A stretch of 64,000 nt of DNA, from contig NC_092677.1 of NCBI RefSeq assembly GCF_964355755.1, positions 23,485,175-23,549,174 of the forward strand, in the 5' to 3' direction. Shown here one piece after another: positions 13,199-24,474 of this stretch. A program made the position numbers and the translations under genes. The first letter of the stretch is position 1. Each line of letters begins with the position of its first letter. A model generated the notes under the pieces. The model was not told the DNA's origin. It saw only the letters and a list, made by a program, of their open reading frames with translations, and made no database searches. Source of the DNA: Antedon mediterranea. Its lineage: Eukaryota; Animalia; Echinodermata.

Positions 13199-14221
13199 TA
13201 AAGCTTCAAAAATAATATCTATCAACCTTCAAATACTGACAGTTAATACTTTGCATTCATAAATATTGATTAACACAGTATTATATATGTTCTTATCAAA
13301 TATTAGACCAAATAAACTTTGCCTTTATTAGAATTTGCATTTAAGAGTAAGAAAAGCAAAACCTTTTTTTACTTTTTTAAACAGTTTATATTAATAAATT
13401 TAAATTTAAATATTATCAAATCTGAAGATGTAAACTTTATCAAAATTGGTTATATTGATAGAGTACAACAAATAATTGATAGAAGTGTTACAACATACAT
13501 GTTTGTTTTTAAGACAGAAAAGGTAATTGTAAATGAATTAAACACTATTTGTATGATGCGAAAAATAATAATTTAAATATACAAATTCAAATCACATACA
13601 AATACTCTTTTTATTTATATTACATTATTATGTTGTTAATATTTATTATAATTTAGTATGTGAATATCATATTGCTTCTTGCAAATTGCTAAATATCTAA
13701 GTACATAGTTAATTAAAGGTAATTAAACAGTAAGTAGTAGTTATAAACTAATTTATGCAAATGTATTCATGATTATTCATAAGGTGCCCATTATAAGTAT
13801 GCTGGTTAAACTAGGCTGCCATTTAGAATGTCATAAAGACAGAAGATGTCCATTATAATAAGGACAAATAAAATTAATTTACAAAGTGAATTAGTTTATA
13901 GTTCAATCGTATATACATTCTTTATCATATTCTTTTAATCCTATTCTTTGTTATCAATACAATCTTAATCAGTTGAACGCTACTACATCTATTTTTCTGT
14001 CATTAAGCTTTAAGAAACCCCTCAGGTGGTCTATTATTTGTTTGCAACCTTTTGGTTGAGGGGATAGCTCATCTTTGGGAGTATGTTGTGTACTATTTAC
14101 CCCATTTGGAACACCTGTCAACTCCACCCACTCACCCAATTTCGTCCTGAAAATAGTACTTTCACAATGACTTTATCTTATCAAATACATTAAAAAAAGT
14201 GTTATTAGTTGCGTTATATAA

Positions 14222-15472
14222 ATGCTCATATTTTAAGGCTACATCCGACTCAATGTTAGATAAGTTCTGTTCATACTTCAGGGTATGTTCAGACTCATAG
14301 TGTTAGATAAGTTCTGTTCATACTTCAGGGTATGTTCAGACCGACAGTGTTAGATAAGTTCTGTTCATACTTCAGGGTATGTTCAGACCGACAGTGTTAG
14401 ATAAGTTCTGTTCATACTTCAGGGTATGTTCAGACCGACAGTGTTAGATAAGTTCTGTTCATACTTCAGGGTATGTTCAGACTCATAGTGTTAGATAAGT
14501 TCTGTTCATACTTCAGGGTATGTTCAGACTCATAGTGTTAGATAAGTTCTGTTCATACTTCAGGGTATGTTCAGACCGACAGTGTTAGATAAGTTCTGTT
14601 CATACTTCAGGGTATGTTCAGACCGACAGTGTTAGATAAGTTCTGTTCATACTTCAGGGTATGTTCAGACCGACAGTGTTAGATAAGTTCTGTTCATACT
14701 TCAGGGTATGTTCAGACCGACAGTGTTAGATAAGTTCTGTTCATACTTCAGGGTATGTTCAGACCGACAGTGTTAGATAAGTTCTGTTCATACTTCAGGG
14801 TATGTTCAGACCGACAGTGTTAGATAAGTTCTGTTCATACTTCAGGGTATGTTCAGACCGACAGTGTTAGATAAGTTCTGTTCATACTTCAGGGTATGTT
14901 CAGACCGACAGTGTTAGATAAGTTCTGTTCATACTTCAGGGTATGTTCAGACCGACAGTGTTAGATAAGTTCTGTTCATACTTCAGGGTATGTTCAGACC
15001 GACAGTGTTAGATAAGTTCTGTTCATACTTCAGGGTATGTTCAGACCGACAGTGTTAGATAAGTTCTGTTCATACTTCAGGGTATGTTCAGACTCATAGT
15101 GTTAGATAAGTTCTGTTCATACTTCAGGGTATGTTCAGACTCATAGTGTTAGATAAGTTCTGTTCATACTTCAGGGTATGTTCAGACCGACAGTGTTAGA
15201 TAAGTTCTGTTCATACTTCAGGGTATGTTCAGACCGACAGTGTTAGATAAGTTCTGTTCATACTTCAGGGTATGTTCAGACCGACAGTGTTAGATAAGTT
15301 CTGTTCATACTTCAGGGTATGTTCAGACCGACAGTGTTAGATAAGTTCTGTTCATACTTCAGGGTATGTTCAGACCGACAGTGTTAGATAAGTTCTTCTC
15401 ATACTGTACTTTAGGCTATGTTCAGACTCACAGTGTTAAATATTCTGCTTCTATTAGGGTATTTTCAGACTC
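14222..15472. repeat. 47-bp tandem satellite, ~26 copies
   Basis: Unit AGTGTTAGATAAGTTCTGTTCATACTTCAGGGTATGTTCAGACCGAC with a variant ending GACTCAT; nearly homogeneous. Confidence 0.97.
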
Positions 15473-15475
15473 TTA

Positions 15476-16405
15476 CGCCCGTATTCTTAAACCGGACTTT
15501 AGTCGTAGTTCAAAGTTCGACTTGAAAAAGTCGTAGTTCGAGCTATTACTTCAAATTCGATTCAAAAACGAAGTATTCGAAGTTTGCAGTTCGACTTAAT
15601 GAAGTCGAGCTTTTAGTCGAGTTGCACACGTCTGGGTAACAAAGGCTAAACATTAGCCAATGACAAGAGAGTATTTGAGGAGCAGACGAAATTTTGCGCA
15701 TTGATATCACTTTCCATTTTCTTACAAAACTTTTTACGCATCAGGACTATATACATGAAAAATAATTTTAATCGTTAATTATTAGAACAAGATCAGTATT
15801 AATTTAACAGTGAAGTACTTTTAATTAACAACAAACAAAATCTTCAAAATATATTTAGGAACCATGGCGGTACGGTAACTTTCATATTTTCTAGGCCCCC
15901 AACAAAGTATGATCGCGACGAACCACGCACTTCCTAGCGTGACAAGAAAGCGCTAGGCCCCCTAAACATTCCATCGCGTGGCGAATTGCCGCATCTCCCA
16001 TTGTCGCTATGGCGTGACGTAGTTCAAGTCGGACTTGCGCGAAGAAAATAATGTAATTTGTATACAGTTGTAAATAAAGATGATTTTCATTATTATAACT
16101 TATACCAATGTATATTTAATTAAGCTAATATAAATATAGATATTTCATTCTTCAATATCTGGCCAATATAACAACTCAATGACTGTTACGTTTTTTTATA
16201 AACATCGTTTAAAAACCATTTAGTCGACCATTTAGCCTGCCCCCTCCAGGACTAAAAAAATCGATCAAAATCCGTCTCGATTTAGTCGAGGTTGGCCCGA
16301 TTTAGTCGTTGATTTAGTTGAAGTTCGGTTTATGAATTAAAATGACATCATTTTTTTTAGTTTTAGCTCGAACTACGACTAAAGTCCGGTTTAAGAATAC
16401 GGGCG
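15476..16405. mobile_element. Non-autonomous DNA transposon (PIF/Harbinger-like), 930 bp, inserted in the satellite
   Basis: 36-bp perfect TIR CGCCCGTATTCTTAAACCGGACTTTAGTCGTAGTTC. The 3-bp flanks TTA/ATA sit at the satellite position CAGACTC-ATA-GTGTTAG. It has CpG-rich TTTAGTCG subterminal repeats. Confidence 0.9.
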
Positions 16406-16767
16406 ATAGTGTTAGATAAGTTCTGCTCATACTGTAAAGGCTGTGCTCAGAATCAAAGTTTTAGATGAGTTCTGCTCATACTGTAAAGGCTGTGCTCAGA
16501 ATCAAAGTTTTAGATGAGTTCTGCTCATGTACTGTAAATTAAGGCTGTGTTCAGAATCAAAGTTTTAGATGAGTTCTGCCGATGTACTGTAAAGGCTATA
16601 TTCGGACTAACAACGTTAAATAAGTTCTGTTCATACTTTAGGGAATGTTCAGACTCACTGTGCTACTGTAAATATTCTGCTCATACTGTAATGGTATAGT
16701 CAGACTCACAGTGGTAGATAAATTCTGCTGATACTATAAGCATATGTTCAGATTCAGTGTTAGATAT
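16406..16767. repeat. Degenerate continuation of the 47-bp satellite
   Basis: About 7 diverged units of TTAGATRAGTTCTGCTCATAC...GGCTGTGYTCAGA. Confidence 0.85.
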
Positions 16768-17782
16768 TGTATGTATATTTGTTACTATCTCTGCTGTGTA
16801 TATAAGAGGTCGAATTTCTGATTTTCTATATTGAACCAAATAAAGAATAATAATAATAATTACCTACACAAACATTTTTGAATAATACTGTTCTATTTTT
16901 TATAAAATAAATGGTATCATCCCTCACATTGCCATTGAACTCTTTCTTTATTTAGGCCTACAAGCAGGTCACTGAGCCTGAGTGTCGATCTACTGTAGGC
17001 ATAGTTCACATAATACTAAATCACTTCATGGAAAACAAACCCAGTCAACGCCAACCCAATTGAGTTTTAGCCAATAAGACGTGGCACTGACAGATTGAAA
17101 GTGATAGACCCTATGTACTCAATAGTAACAACGCCTCGTATATAGATGTCCGAGATCAAAGCAGTGATAATGATTGTGGTAACTCATGAAATTTGATTGT
17201 TTCATAGGATTCACTGTTGCCTTTCTGCTTCATCAATAACATACTGCTGTAAACAACTGTAGTTGTAAATTCTATTTTTAGGTATGTCCTGTGACGATCA
17301 TTTTGTCAATAATTCATTTTCTTTTATAAACGCTTAGTTTATAAAAACTGATGTTTTTTTTTCTGTACAAAATAAATTGTTCGGAATTCAGGAATTTCTT
17401 TTTTCATACTGAAATGAGTGATACTGGGCCTTCCAGTTTGGGATGTTGGCTTTTGGAGATTCCACTGTATAACAATTTTCAAAGTATAAAAAGTTCACAA
17501 CCGAAAACTTGAACATGTAATGACAACACTTTTTGCATTCAATTACCTTCTACAAATCATTTACTCCTAAGACTATATAAATGATGAATTTGCTATTTTC
17601 ATATATGTGTACAGTACTGTTTGTACCCTTAGGCAAGGTGCTTTCTCTCATTGCCTTGCCTTTGGATTGGACATAAAGATGTTGGTCCCATGTACATAAA
17701 AATATTTGAAAGGGGTAAGAAAATCGTCTCCTGGCATGCTGATAACTCAAATTTCCCTCAATTCAAGTTAAACAGAGAACCA

Positions 17783-17900
17783 TAATAATAATAATAAACA
17801 GTATTTATAGCGCCTAATGGATCACTGACCCCTCTAGGTGCTTTACATAGGACCTTAACTAATGGTAATAAACTATCCCCCGCCGGACACCATTCCGGTA
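17783..17900 (-). mobile_element. 3' tail of a SINE/LINE (L2/CR1-type end)
   Basis: The minus strand reads TGTAAAGCACCTAGAG...TAGGCGCTATAAATACTG followed by (TTA)n, a typical L2-derived stem-loop plus simple-repeat tail. Confidence 0.5.
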
Positions 17901-18311
17901 TTTCTTAGTCGAGGTTTCGGGGATACATTTGAATGTTGAAGATGATAAGTATGTAAACAATGCTGGTTCTATTGTCAGTGGCTTCCGAGAAAAATCATTG
18001 ATACGTTTCCATTGAATGCTAAATTGGTCAATATCTACAAAACATCTATTATCTGATACACATGATACCAAATGTTTGCATATTTATAAAGCTCAAATCA
18101 ACGTGGAAGTTCAAAGTCAACAACTTGCATACATAAAATGTACATTTTTACAAATTCATTGTCGTTTTAAAAGCAATTTTGAAAAATATTGCAAAAGCCT
18201 CAGTTTGAACATACGGCGAAAAAGCAGACTGTTCCAGCGTATAAACGCATATTATAAGTTCTTTCTTCTTGCGTTTCTTTGATTCTTTGCATACTAGTTC
18301 CAGCTATCTTG

Positions 18312-18359
18312 TTATACTGTTAATCGCTGTAGTCGTTTTGTTGTCTTTTCAAAGGGCTC
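18312..18359 (-). CDS. WDR89: WDR89 probable terminal coding exon (EPFEKTTKRLQRLTV*)
   Basis: The acceptor ttcattttatattttacag|GAG joins in phase 0 to the donor at 21856 and ends in TAA. No homology support is visible, so this rests on splice signals only. Confidence 0.5.
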   Translation of the reverse strand, partial: EPFEKTTKRLQRLTV

Positions 18360-18499
18360 CTGTAAAATATAAAATGAAGTATTTAATATTATAATTAACT
18401 TTATTGCACAAGTATTGTGGTGTTCAAATAAGTAATAGTTTTCATTTGTTGTCAATCAAAAGTACTTTATATTTATCCTCCTTGTTTAAGTTTAACGAC

Positions 18500-18950
18500 T
18501 CCCTCAACCTGAAATGCACCGTAGCCAAAGTTGTAAAACATTAACAACACCAAATTGGAAAAATGCTCAAGGTAAAGAACATTTTTAAATGTACAGATTT
18601 AAATATTTAAAAATACAGATCAACAAAAAATGGAATCTTTTACCAACTGAAATTAGAACAAAAGTAACTGGGAAAAATATTTATAAATTCAAAAATATAT
18701 CAACTTAAATATCATCTAAGTGATCTACTTTTTAAATTTTATTTCGTATATATGTCTTTTATACAAAAAAAAAATTGTTTTTAACTGTTCTGTAAATATC
18801 TTTTAAAATAGGCCTATGTATGCTTTTATTTTCTGTTTATATATTATAATTTTTCTTTGCTTTTAAACCTTGTAACTGGACCATTTTGAAAAGCAGTACT
18901 AGTACATTACTGAAAATGCAATCCAGTCAAAGAAAGAATAAATAAATTAT
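18500..18950 (+). mobile_element. Decayed 3' end of a CR1/L2-like LINE
   Basis: TGG AAT CTT TTA CCA ACT GAA ATT AGA (WNLLPTEIR, the WNxLP motif of CR1/L2 ORF2 C-termini) is followed by a T-rich UTR and an AATAAA repeat tail. Confidence 0.5.
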
Positions 18951-19747
18951 TACATTAATACTGATTTTGTTCTAATATAAATAAGTTATTAAAATTACAT
19001 ATTTCATGTATTATATGCTTAAAAAACAAAATGGAAAGTGAAGTTAATGCACTAAATTTTATCCACTCCTCTAATAATGTTCGATCATTGGTCTATCTAT
19101 AGCATTTCAAAAAATTATTTTTATTAAAGACATGCATAAATCCTTAGTCCTAAAACGAAAAATGTTATAATTACTTTTGTTTTTTGTAAGAAAAATGTAT
19201 GTTTATCTATTTATCATTGATCGTTTTTCCTCCTCACTGTAGCACTACCTTTAGGACACTAGCCTAAAGATACGTCTGTAAATTGATGTTTAAATATAGA
19301 CTAATATATAAGATAATCAGTGAAACTTGACAAGAGGGACATTTTCTGTTTCCTTGGAGAGTTTTGTTTTCTGAACTGTATGAACTTACATTTATTTTAC
19401 TTCATACGCAAGCCACTCACCAATTACAGGATGAAGACACTATTTTAAATTGATCGCACTTGTAAACTAAATCTTGTTTGAGGCATTGAGGAGTTGAAAG
19501 CAGGATTGAACTCCTTAAACTACTACTTTAACTTCATGAAACTTAAATCTACTAGTAATTTCAATAATAGAACTGGTTACAAAATTTGATAAGGTGCCCA
19601 CTGATTTAACCAGTTTGTAAAAGTAACACATTAATTTTTTTTTAAATTTTAATTTATTTGAAAATAAATATATATTCAGTGTTTAAGTAGTAAGAACTAA
19701 CTAGCCATAAAAGAGGTGCATGTGACATGTTTGTTGACAAGGAACAC

Positions 19748-19894
19748 CAGTGGCATAGCAGCTATGAGCACTCACTGGTTGAACTTAGGGGCCCCAGAGC
19801 TCAAGGGGCCCAGAGTATGCATGAGTACTACCCAGTGTTGGAGGGTTTATATAGAGTTCTAAACCAGGGCCTTTTTCCCTGCATTACGCCGCTG
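19748..19894. mobile_element. Small degenerate hAT-like MITE
   Basis: Ends are CAGTGGCATAG and revcomp CAGCGGCGTAA, with internal GGGGCCC motifs. Flanks AGGAACAC and ACAAACAC match at 6/8. Confidence 0.55.
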
Positions 19895-20419
19895 ACAAAC
19901 ACTATAAATTATCTACCAAGTTAACTGTTACTGACTATGATTTTATTAACAGTAACACTGTAAATGGCTAAACCATCAAAATCAATGCTGAATATGGCTA
20001 CAGGGGCAAATTACACTACAGTACAATAGTACAATTGTAATTTCAGCCGAGCTAGGAAAGATACCTTTCATCACAGACTTTATAACGAAAATTGAGCGTC
20101 AATGGTTAAACGTGTAAACAAAAAAAGGACAATGCAATGTCATTGACTTAGATGTCGATGACCTCCATCAAATCATGACAAATTACTGGCATTTGACAAA
20201 CATGATATAAACAAAAAGGAAAATAATAGTGAGTTTAAGAAAGGAACATCAATCACATTAACTGATATGTGTGTCAGACAACATGAGGTACATCAAAAGG
20301 TTTTACAAAAACATTACTAATTGTCAGTATATTGTATTTAAAGTAGTGCACTTAACATTAAGTTTTTCATAAAGAATGCACTTTATAATGTGTATTATAG
20401 CATATTACAACATATATAA

Positions 20420-20756
20420 AGATGTATTCTCCCTCTGACTAATTAAAAAAAAAATGAATAAAAAAAAAATGTCAAAAAAAAGTGGGTCATTTTGAAGTAT
20501 CATAGTTATTAACTTTCACCAAAAATTAGTCAGAAAAAAAAAATTTACCTGAAATACAGATTTTTTTTTGTTCAAAAAATAACTTTGACTTTCGACCAAA
20601 ACATGTCTCATAATGCAATGCGCTTGATGGCTACTCTGTATGCACAATCATAAAACTTTCTCGCGATCTGTGTGAAAACACCTTGACCGTGACGAGTTGT
20701 AAACAATCCTAATTAGCATCATGCATAATTTTTGTGTTTCAAGGGACAATACATCT
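20420..20756. mobile_element. Kolobok-like non-autonomous element, copy 1
   Basis: TIRs AGATGTATTCTCCCT and revcomp AGATGTATTGTCCCT, flanked by ATAA and TTAA. A TTAA target with RR..YY ends is the Kolobok pattern. The interior resembles 52038-52350. Confidence 0.7.
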
Positions 20757-21025
20757 TTAAGTAGTATGATATTCAATAAATATTCTATTTAACTCTTAAT
20801 GTGATTGAGAGTACTGAAATTTAGTTTTGGAACAAATAAGTGAAATGGAACAAATAATTTTATTCGGTCAAATATGTAAATGTGTTATATTTTCTTTGGG
20901 CTTCGCTCATAAAAATAAAATCTTTCATCTCATGAAATTATTTGTACCATTACACTCATAAACCTTATTTGTATACTGTATTGTATAATTCCTGTCATTT
21001 TATTGGACGATTGTGATACTATTAA

Positions 21026-21329
21026 CACGTTCACTGCCACGGCGTATTTATACGTCAAAAATTGCGTGTCGCTACTTGCCAAGACGTAATACTACGTCAA
21101 AATCGTAGCACTTTTGTATTGTATGTAGAATCACTGGCAGTGGTGATTGGAACAGGAATTATCGCATGGCAGTTTATGAATGATGTACGTAAACGATAAT
21201 CTAAAAATATTTTGAATGACATCATGATAGTCTGTGACCAGATGTTACACTTTCAAACTGTAATTTAATATGTAAACGGGACTTGGCACTGGGACAGAAA
21301 TTACGGAAAATGCCTTGGCAGTCAATGTG
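21026..21329. mobile_element. piggyBac-like MITE
   Basis: TTAA on both sides; TIRs CACGTTCACTGCCACGGC and revcomp CACATTGACTGCCAAGGC. Confidence 0.75.
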
Positions 21330-21649
21330 TTAAACAATCGTGCGATAGTACCTTTTTCTCCATTTATTTCGCAGGAAAAATCTTCTGTACGAAAAAGAAT
21401 TATTTAAAGACCGATTGATCGCAATCGAACTCACTTTTTTGGTCAAAAAGCACTTAGATATTAGCTACCTGTATAAATCGTTTGTATGATTTTAATTAAT
21501 TAATAGAAACAACTCTAAAAGACGTGGAATCGTTGGAAAAAACAGAATATCTCCATCAGTTTCAGTTGCCTGGCGTCGTTTTGGAATAATACCACTACCT
21601 TTCTAGCCTAGGCCTAGAATAAATAATGATGATATAGAGAATCCTGATG

Positions 21650-21830
21650 TACTATAGCCTGGTGCATAATCTGATGTACAGTAGTCTGGGACACAGTCTG
21701 AGAGATTTAGTCTGGGGCATAGTGCGATAAGTTGCTGATGTAGTCTGGGACACAATCTAAGAGGTAACATAGTTTGGGGCTAAATACAAAGAGTTATTGA
21801 TGTAAACTGGGACACAATCTGGGACATAAA
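21650..21830. repeat. Degenerate short tandem repeat
   Basis: The motif GATGTAGTCTGGGACACAATCT recurs with variation. Confidence 0.6.
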
Positions 21831-21855
21831 GTATGCTAAAGTTTGGTAACTATAC

Positions 21856-22017
21856 CCTTAATGGTGATCCTCTCTTCTCTGATTTCCTAAGTGAGTGTGC
21901 TGCGTTGGACTGTTCCATTCTTCGCTCGTCTAAAATTGTTTTATTCTCCATAATGTTATCTTGTTGTTGCCATAGTGATATAACAGAATCCTCACCCCCA
22001 GTTACCAGGCTTCCAGT
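21856..22017 (-). CDS. WDR89: WDR89 coding exon (last WD40 repeat and C-terminal tail)
   Basis: tttctag|ACT...AGG|gtatag, 162 bp, phase 0/0. Reads TGSLVTGGEDSVISLWQQQ... (human DSLLTGGEDAQLLLW). If unspliced, the frame stops at GTA TAG (21850). Confidence 0.9.
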
Positions 22018-22062
22018 CTAGAAAATAAAAATGTTTTTCATTTAATGTGGTTAAGAGTACTT

Positions 22063-22340
22063 TATTACCTCCGTCAAGGAGGTTATGTATTCGATCGCAT
22101 GTGTTTGTTAATGTTATGTTAATGTTAGCAGGATTACTCAAAATTTTGCTAGATATTATTTTCAGACTTGCTAGTGTTAAAAAATATGAGAGAATTTTCA
22201 AAAGCCGGCGATCTGGTAACACTATGTTTATTAAGAACAACTGGATATATAACCATTAAAGTTTGTAGTGCAATTAGCATAAAAACCACACTCAAAATTT
22301 GGGCGAAATCATAGGGAATTATACTTATGGTGTAGGTATT
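22063..22340 (+). mobile_element. HINE/DINE-1-like element, short related copy
   Basis: Starts TTATTACCTCCGTCAAGGAGGTTATG (subTIR/hairpin), then GTTTGTTAATGTT...GTTAGCAGGATTACTCAAAA, and ends with the stem-loop ACTCTCGGAGT. It matches the reverse complement of both ends of 31610-32284. Confidence 0.65.
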
Positions 22341-22795
22341 GTACTCTCGGAGTGTCTTTTTTTATTTCAAAGTTAATAATCTGCTACTGGAAATCGGCAG
22401 GTCATACTCTCTAGACTACTAAGCAACTACTGTATGATAATCATTCAGGTTATTGGATTGTTAAAAGTGTCTTTAACTAGAAAATCCTAGGTTTTAGAAT
22501 TCTTGGATTCTCACCATTTTAATTAAAAGAACTCAATTCAATCCTAGTATATTGTTAATGCGCCTTCCAAATGAGATATTAATGGTTATTGGAAAATTTA
22601 ATAGACTTTGGGAATAATGTTAAAATGAGCAATATAAAACGCCCACTCAAAGCCTATAGCCTTTGTAAAAGAAAAACAGTCTGTTTCTCATGAAATATGG
22701 ACTATAGAGGGCTCTGTTTTGTTAGTTACCAAAAAAAACCCAATAGGATAGATTACAATTCAATGCAAAATTAGAGAATCGGCATATCCTATGTA

Positions 22796-23106
22796 GGTCG
22801 TGTTTCCGCAGCCATAAAAAAATTATTAATTTTTTAACCAATCAGATAATTATTACAAAAATAAAATGTGCATGATCAGACTTTATCGAACAACCTAAAA
22901 GCCCTCCCACAATGACACTATTTGTCTTTCAGGTGAAAGGTTAAAAATTATCGCATTTATCCAATAATTATCTGATTTGAATGAGATAATTTTTAGTTAA
23001 TTTTCCTTGAGTGGAATCGGTTAAACCCCTTTTCCACAGGCAGTTTATTTTATTTTAATTATCGGTTAATTTGTATTGGTTAATTTTTGGCTGCGGAAAC
23101 ACGGCC
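22796..23106. mobile_element. MITE with 19-bp TIRs (Harbinger-like ends; TSD not resolved)
   Basis: GGTCGTGTTTCCGCAGCCA and revcomp GGCCGTGTTTCCGCAGCCA. Confidence 0.75.
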
Positions 23107-23172
23107 AGAGTTATGATTGGTCATCAGTCATAATGTATCTATTGTAAGAATTTGTTTGGATTATTATCATAT

Positions 23173-23254
23173 TGTGTATAACAGGTGTATAACAGGTGTA
23201 TAACAGGTGTATAACAGGTGTATAACAGGTGTATAACAAGTGTATAACAGGTAT
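23173..23254. repeat. 11-bp minisatellite (GTGTATAACAG)n, ~7 copies
   Basis: Read directly from the sequence. Confidence 0.95.
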
Positions 23255-23569
23255 ACTACAGTGTTGACAAGTATTTCTACTATAACATGGGCTTTTAATT
23301 ACCATCTGGTAGAGTTTTTTAATGTGTGAATTTTGTGTTGTATATGTGTTGCTAAGCCTTTTTGTAAGCATTGTACATATGCCGGATTTACAATATTGTT
23401 TAGCTGAAATAATTTATTGTTATTTTATGGTGCTATATTTTTTTGTACACAGTTATGGGCATTTACACCCATTATTTTACATTGATTATGGTACAAGGCA
23501 ATCTACATATTTAATGCAGTAACTTCACTTTTAGTTTTAGTGTACAAGTGTTAAACTATTGCTACATTC

Positions 23570-23956
23570 CAGGGACGGATCTAGGTTTTTGGTGGAATAG
23601 GGAATAGGTGGAAGGGGAGGGGGTGGTGTTTCAGACATCCACATTAGGTAAATGACACCCAAGAAGGTTGGAAATGGTACTCTCGCATATAAAATTCATG
23701 ATAAAATGGCACCTCCCACTAGTCTGGTTGGCCCGAAATGACACTTCAAGTATCATGCGCAGTTTTGATTTGCATTCAATGTGTAGTAAGTATACTATTT
23801 TGAGCATTTCGAAAAAAACTTTCATCATACAAAAACATTAAAGTGCACAGAATAGCTTAAAATCGCATTTTGAAACGTTTTAGACCATTATGAGCGTTTC
23901 GAAAACCTTGTTAACATAAAAAGCCTGTTTAGCTCCACTGATTAAATCCACGCCTG
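23570..23956. mobile_element. Putative non-autonomous DNA transposon with CAGG..GGAT ends
   Basis: Ends are CAGGGACGGATCTA and revcomp CAGGCGTGGATTTA. CATTC is present on both flanks (possible 5-bp TSD). The superfamily is unassigned. Confidence 0.45.
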
Positions 23957-24234
23957 CATTCAACACAAATTCTGTGATGTGGATCTTCACAATAGAAAAC
24001 ACTAACAGTTTATAGCCATAATGACATACCAGGAATTTCCTATCCATAATTATTATTTGTCTTGTGTTAGGTTTTTACAAGCATTATAATTATATTTATC
24101 TATAACACCCACTTACGTATCTGACGAATGTATATGATGAAAAGGTTTTACTGTTATTATATACTGTTTATTTATTGAAGTTTGCGTCATGGGATCATAG
24201 GCCTCATTATGGTACGGTGTTCATTATGTATTAC

Positions 24235-24340
24235 CTGATCGTTCCAATGTAAACATCGTACGGTTGATGAGTGGGCTCCAGATAAACGATGTACAGGATA
24301 AAGCTTATCTTTACCTATCGTTAAAAGTGTTTGTTCACCA
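24235..24340 (-). CDS. WDR89: WDR89 coding exon
   Basis: (T)n cag|T GGT...CAG|gtaata, 106 bp, phase 2/0. Reads GEQTLLTIGKDKLYPVHRLSGAHSSTVRCLHWNDQ (human GGHAATVRSFCWN). Confidence 0.92.
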
Positions 24341-24474
24341 CTGAAAAAAAAAAAAAAACAAAGATAAAGAAAGCAATCACATTAAGTTAAAATCTTTAAC
24401 ATTTACAGTATGCAGTACCGTAAAATCTTGAAAAAAAGTCGATATACTACTTTTTTTTGTGGGCTTTTTTCCAA

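Noticed and set aside
14222-15472. CRISPR-like regular repeat arrays (also 24475-26206)
   Set aside because: The units are contiguous with no unique spacers, there are no cas genes, and the context is eukaryotic.
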